Shown in pieces: positions 59,703-64,000 of a stretch of 64,000 nucleotides of DNA; position 1 is the first letter of the stretch; each line of letters opens with the position of its first letter. This DNA comes from Gammaproteobacteria bacterium (GTDB lineage: Bacteria; Pseudomonadota; Gammaproteobacteria; Eutrophobiales; Eutrophobiaceae): NCBI GenBank assembly GCA_965222155.1, contig CBDCTH010000012.1:2912001-2976000 (forward strand). The letters run 5' to 3'. A program made the translations under genes and the position numbers. A model generated the notes under the pieces. The model was not told the origin of the DNA. It did no database searches and saw only the letters and a program-made list of their open reading frames with translations.

Positions 59703-61463
59703 TCAGGAATTATAAATGAGTCTGATACCCAATTCACGTAACTGTTGTGCGGAGGCGGCCGCTGGCGCGGAGGTGAGCAGGCAACTGGCGGTCTGGGTCT
59801 TGGGAAATGCGATGACATCACGGATTCCTTTTGCCCCGGCCATAATCATGACGATGCGGTCCAGTCCGAAGGCGATACCGCCGTGGGGCGGGCAACCGTA
59901 GGACAGGGCGTCAATGAGGAAACCGAATTTCTCCCGGGCCTGTTCTGCATCGATACCCAGCAACGCCAGGACTCTCAGTTGCAGTTCTGGATCGTGGATA
60001 CGGATTGAACCACCGCCCAGTTCCATACCGTTCAGGACCAGGTCATAGGCCCGTGACAGGCTTTCGTGGAGGTTCTCTCCCGCTTCTGCCGTTTGCGGCG
60101 CGGTAAAAGGATGATGCAGCGAATCCCAGCGATGCTCGGTTTCGTTATATTCAAACAGCGGAAAATCCACCACCCATAACGGCGCCCAGTTTCCCTGCAG
60201 CAGGTTCAGGTCCTCGGCCAGCGCGCTGCGCAGGGCATTGAGCGAGTCGTTGACGATGCGGGCCTTGCCGGCGCCAAAGAAAACAATATCGCCGGACTGG
60301 GCATGCGTGCGTTCCAGCACGGCGTGAACCGTCTCCTCAGGCAAAAACTTAAGAATGGGCGATTGCAGGCCGGCGCTGCCCCGGTCGAGATCATTGATCT
60401 TGATATAGGCCAGGCCCTTGGCGCCATATTTGCCGATGTATGCAGTATAGTCATCGATTTCCTTGCGCGTAAGCCTATTACCTCCAGGCAGGCGCAGGGC
60501 GGCAACCCGGCCGCGGGGCTGGTTGGCCGGACCGGAGAATACCTTGAACTCCACCTGTTTCATCAGGTCGCCCACCTCGACCAGTTCCAGCGGATTGCGC
60601 AAATCCGGCCGGTCCGTGCCGTAGCGTTGAACGGCTTCAAAATAAGTCATGCGTGGGAACGGATCCGGGAGTTCAATGCCTTTTACCTGCTTGAACAGGG
60701 TACGCATCATATCTTCCACCAGGCCGGTCACGTCATCCTCATCGACAAATGACATTTCCATATCAAGCTGGGTAAATTCGGGTTGCCGGTCCGCACGCAG
60801 GTCCTCATCGCGAAAACACCGGACGATCTGGTAATACCGATCCATACCCGACATCATCAGCAGTTGTTTGAACAGTTGCGGCGATTGCGGCAAAGCAAAG
60901 AATTCGCCCTGCTGGGTCCGGCTCGGCACCAGGTAATCACGGGCGCCTTCCGGGGTTGCCTTGGTAAGAACGGGGGTTTCAATATCAAGAAAGCCGCGCC
61001 CGTCAAGGTAATCACGGATAGCCCGGGTAACCCGGCTGCGCAGCTTCATGTTGTCCTGCATGGTTTCCCGGCGCAGGTCCACGTAACGGTAACGCAGGCG
61101 GATATCATCCTGGACGTTCTCATCATCCAGTTGAAAAGGCGGCGTTTTGGCTTTGTTCAATATTTCGATGGTGTGTCCCAATACCTCCACTTCACCGGTC
61201 GGCAGGTTCGGGTTGAGCGTGCCTTCCGGACGCCGGCGTACCCGGCCGGTAATGCGAATCACGAATTCATTCCTGAGCGTCTCGGCAAGCGCAAATGGAT
61301 CGGCCCGGTCAGGGTCGTAGACAACCTGGGCCAGCCCTTCCCGGTCTCGCAAATCAATAAAGATCACTCCGCCATGATCGCGCCGCCGGTGTACCCAGCC
61401 GCACAATGCGACTTCCTCACCGATCATTCCGGCTGTCAATTGTCCACAATAATGACTGCGCAT
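59703..61463 (-). CDS. aspS: Aspartate--tRNA ligase, probably non-discriminating Asp/Asn type
   Basis: [60 protein letters not shown]. Confidence 0.97.
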   Translation of the reverse strand: MRSHYCGQLTAGMIGEEVALCGWVHRRRDHGGVIFIDLRDREGLAQVVYDPDRADPFALAETLRNEFVIRITGRVRRRPEGTLNPNLPTGEVEVLGHTIEILNKAKTPPFQLDDENVQDDIRLRYRYVDLRRETMQDNMKLRSRVTRAIRDYLDGRGFLDIETPVLTKATPEGARDYLVPSRTQQGEFFALPQSPQLFKQLLMMSGMDRYYQIVRCFRDEDLRADRQPEFTQLDMEMSFVDEDDVTGLVEDMMRTLFKQVKGIELPDPFPRMTYFEAVQRYGTDRPDLRNPLELVEVGDLMKQVEFKVFSGPANQPRGRVAALRLPGGNRLTRKEIDDYTAYIGKYGAKGLAYIKINDLDRGSAGLQSPILKFLPEETVHAVLERTHAQSGDIVFFGAGKARIVNDSLNALRSALAEDLNLLQGNWAPLWVVDFPLFEYNETEHRWDSLHHPFTAPQTAEAGENLHESLSRAYDLVLNGMELGGGSIRIHDPELQLRVLALLGIDAEQAREKFGFLIDALSYGCPPHGGIAFGLDRIVMIMAGAKGIRDVIAFPKTQTASCLLTSAPAAASAQQLRELGIRLIYNS

Positions 61464-61502
61464 GGGCTGGTCCTGGTTGTTGTATCGGTGAAGCCGGGCA
61501 GT

Positions 61503-62147
61503 TCAGGCGTCAACAGCGGCTTTACTGCCCTGCATGAGTTGCCTGACTTTCCCGTCGGGCACAATGACGCCCATGGAAATGATGAATTTGAACCCGTCTT
61601 CAACTGACATGTCCAGTTCAATAATATCCCGTTTGGGGATCAGCAGGTTAAACCCCGATGTAGGGTTGGGTGTGGTGGGCAGATAGATTGACTGAAGCTG
61701 CAGATCGGTAATGCCGTGGTCCGTGTCAACCTGTTCATTGCTGAGAAAACCGATGCACCAACTCTCCTTGCGCGGATATTCAATCAGGACAACCTTGCGA
61801 AACGAGTTGCTCTGCGTGGCCAGCAGGGTGGTGGATATCTGTTTGACGCTGTTGTAAATAGTGCGCACCAGCGGAATCTTGCCAAGCGCCGTTTCCCAGA
61901 TCAGCACCAGGCGCCGGCCCAGCAGGTTTGCCGCAAACATGCCGGTGATGACCAGGATAGCGACGGCCAGAATGATGCCGAACCCCGGGATACTGAATCC
62001 CAGTAGCGCTTCCGGCCGATAGTCCGGCGGCAACAGCAGGATGGTCCTGTCGAGGATATCGATAACGAATTTGATGATGGCCACGGTAATCACCAGGGGC
62101 AGCCATACAAGCAGGCCGGCAATAATGTATTTTCGCAAGGTTGTCAT
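61503..62147 (-). CDS. DUF502 membrane protein
   Basis: AGLLVWLPL, IP.VR.IY..VKQ, PTTPNPTSGF. Confidence 0.92.
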   Translation of the reverse strand: MTTLRKYIIAGLLVWLPLVITVAIIKFVIDILDRTILLLPPDYRPEALLGFSIPGFGIILAVAILVITGMFAANLLGRRLVLIWETALGKIPLVRTIYNSVKQISTTLLATQSNSFRKVVLIEYPRKESWCIGFLSNEQVDTDHGITDLQLQSIYLPTTPNPTSGFNLLIPKRDIIELDMSVEDGFKFIISMGVIVPDGKVRQLMQGSKAAVDA

Positions 62148-62228
62148 CGCTTTATCAGCAGTTTGCTGCCGTCACCGGCATGTCTTCGATACCCTGTTAC
62201 CAGGGTGAATATTCGTCCGGACGCCTGC

Positions 62229-62600
62229 TCAGCCGGCCGGGGTTGAAGTTGCCGTACTTCCACTGTCTGCCTTGGTTGCGGCCTTTGTCTCTTTGGTGGC
62301 GCCTGTATCCTCTGATGTTTTTCCGGTGTCTTTTTTCTTCTCTTCGGCTCCTGTGCTCTTCCCGGCAGCGGATTCCGTAGCCTTCTCGTCTTCCTTGGCC
62401 ACATTCTTTCTGGATTTCTCGTCCTTGAAGTCCGTCTCATACCAGCCGCCGCCCTTGAGCCGAAACGCAACCGCTGAGACCAGTTTGTGCAGGCCCGGTT
62501 CCTCACACGCGGGACAATCCTTCAGCAGCTCATCGGAGATCTTTTGCAGTTTCTCGAGTTTATGACCACAGACTTTACATTCGTACTCGTAAATCGGCAA
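62229..62600 (-). CDS. FmdB-family zinc-ribbon protein
   Basis: MPIYEYECKVCGH...CPAC...FRLKGGGWYETDF. Confidence 0.93.
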   Translation of the reverse strand: MPIYEYECKVCGHKLEKLQKISDELLKDCPACEEPGLHKLVSAVAFRLKGGGWYETDFKDEKSRKNVAKEDEKATESAAGKSTGAEEKKKDTGKTSEDTGATKETKAATKADSGSTATSTPAG

Positions 62601-62685
62601 GACTGTATCCTCTCACTTTGAAAAAGGGAAAAATAGTGCCCGATTGGGAAAATTTCAAGTCCGTGATGTGAAATTCAGCAATCCT

Positions 62686-62806
62686 CGTCCCTACATGATA
62701 GGGGCCTGCCCCGTACATGTTGCGGGATTCAGAAACGGTAGGCCGCTTCCACCCCCCAGGTACGCGGGGCGCCCGGTACGTAGCGGTGCATGCCCCCTCC
62801 GGTAGC
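62686..62806 (-). ncRNA. Candidate structured small RNA / leader (unassigned)
   Basis: Extended -10 TGTTATAAT at 62821-62813 followed by a GC-rich multi-hairpin stretch. Confidence 0.3.
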
Positions 62807-62902
62807 CGGGTCATTATAACAGATCAAATTAATTCCACTAAAATTTGACATGTCCGCAACAGTTCAATGAAAATTCAGTTGTCGCCCTGCGCCTGGTCGT
62901 CT

Positions 62903-63451
62903 TTACTTTATACCGATTGTCATACGCCGCAAGGTATCGTCTTTGAGCCTGAAATGGTGATACAGGGCCGCCAGGACGTGTACGCTCAAAAACACCAGCA
63001 GCAGGATTGGAAATAACTCGTGCAGGGAGCCCATGAACTCATTCATAGCTTCGTTCTCTTCCATTGGAAAAGCCACCTCGAACAGACCGAAGAAAGGCAC
63101 CTTGAATCCAGCTGTGGCAAATCGGGCCATCCCGCTGAGCGCCTGGGCAAACAGCAGGGCATACAACCCGTAGTGGACCGTTCTTGACAGGACATGCTGC
63201 CAGGTGGGAATGTGCGGCATCCTGGCGGGGATGACGTTCAGCCAGCGCCAGATCAGGCGCGCCGTCAATACGGACAGGAGCAGCAGGCCGAACGAGGCGT
63301 GCAGGAGTATCAGTTCCAGTTTTTCCGGACCCCTGGGCAGGTCTCCCGACTTCGAGGCAATGGCTATCAGCACGATGACAATGGCCAGCACCAGCCAGTG
63401 CAATGTTTTACTTATCGTCCCAAATTCTTTTTCAGTGTTTTTAGTTGGCAT
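62903..63451 (-). CDS. Cytochrome b561 (CybB/YceJ-like)
   Basis: LHW, H.SFG, R..WR, H..LY, HVLAAL.HH...KD.TL.RM. Confidence 0.9.
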   Translation of the reverse strand: MPTKNTEKEFGTISKTLHWLVLAIVIVLIAIASKSGDLPRGPEKLELILLHASFGLLLLSVLTARLIWRWLNVIPARMPHIPTWQHVLSRTVHYGLYALLFAQALSGMARFATAGFKVPFFGLFEVAFPMEENEAMNEFMGSLHELFPILLLVFLSVHVLAALYHHFRLKDDTLRRMTIGIK

Positions 63452-63469
63452 AGTATTCTCCTCATGGAG

Positions 63470-63545
63470 TGGTGGGTCGTGCAGGAGTCGAACCTGCGAC
63501 CAACTGATTAAAAGTCAGCTGCTCTACCGACTGAGCTAACGACCC
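63470..63545 (-). tRNA. tRNA-Lys(UUU)
   Basis: GGGTCGTTAGCTCAGTCGGTAGAGCAGCTGACTTTTAATCAGTTGGTCGCAGGTTCGACTCCTGCACGACCCACCA, 76 nt, encoded CCA. Confidence 0.98.
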
Positions 63546-63698
63546 GGGGACAATCAAAAAAACCGGAGTTCCCCCAAGCGGCGCCGAAGCGGCGCGCGGC
63601 GCGGAACCTCACCCTCACGACAAACAAACCTGAGAGGTGATAATACCGGAGATTTCACTCACGGTAAAACGCGCGGCCATAATTCCGGCCGGCATCGC

Positions 63699-64000
63699 TT
63701 ATCTTTGTTTGAACGAGGCAAGAACCTGGGTGTATTCACTCGGGTACAGGTTCGGGATGGCGTATTCCTTGCGGGTCATCCTGACCAGACCCGTGCCCGG
63801 CGCGTACCACTGTGTTTGCTCCACCTTGATGATCCTGATGCCCAGCATGAGACGGCGCGGCAGGTCGAGGAAACCGACCGTATCGATACGCAGGCACCGG
63901 GGGAAATGGCCGGCGGGGACGTCCACCGGGTCGTCCAGGCTGGTAATCGTGTAATCGAGAACCAAGCCCCGGCTGATCCTGTACCAGTTCTCTTCCAGTT
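63699..64000 (-). CDS. Hypothetical protein, 3' part (VPAG.F..C...WYAPG.GLV motif family)
   Basis: Frame appears open to the window end; beta-rich motif typical of exported proteins. Confidence 0.6.
   Translation of the reverse strand, partial: LEENWYRISRGLVLDYTITSLDDPVDVPAGHFPRCLRIDTVGFLDLPRRLMLGIRIIKVEQTQWYAPGTGLVRMTRKEYAIPNLYPSEYTQVLASFKQR

Noticed and set aside
63470-63545. tRNA-Lys as integration site of an element
   Set aside because: No adjacent integrase and no 3'-end duplication noticed by eye

Overview
Gammaproteobacterial chromosome segment made of housekeeping blocks interrupted by two accessory regions. Housekeeping: partial hisA, polA, mgtE, the kdsD-lptCAB-rpoN-hpf-ptsN-HPr-EI cluster, murU, nadA-yebC-ruvCAB-ybgC-tol-pal-cpoB, FmdB-DUF502-aspS and tRNA-Lys(UUU). 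Accessory region 1 (~15.2-38.3 kb) holds pipecolate-catabolism genes (amaB-like, amaA-like), two GcvA-type LysR regulators, an atypical KamA-family radical-SAM aminomutase paired with a beta-transaminase-like class III aminotransferase, a 2137-aa serralysin/RTX protease with an inserted FG-GAP block, a TonB receptor plus proline-iminopeptidase-family hydrolase, a Uma2 nuclease with a partial duplicate, a RES-Xre toxin-antitoxin pair and gene debris. Accessory region 2 (~48.3-59.7 kb) holds a YegP-like gene divergent from an XRE-HTH / IrrE-ImmA peptidase / type III-like mod-res operon, followed by a TonB receptor and an S9 peptidase. Several MITE/REP-like repeat families are present. Best leads, all hypotheses: (1) a possible pipecolate -> 2-aminoadipate -> 3-aminoadipate -> 3-oxoadipate route through a new aminomutase; (2) a CapH/CapP-like damage-responsive switch on an R-M system; (3) a 63-bp inverted repeat bracketing the amaA-hydrolase-TBDR segment; (4) a candidate structured sRNA upstream of fmdB. 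All calls are by-eye motif recognition; no searches were run.
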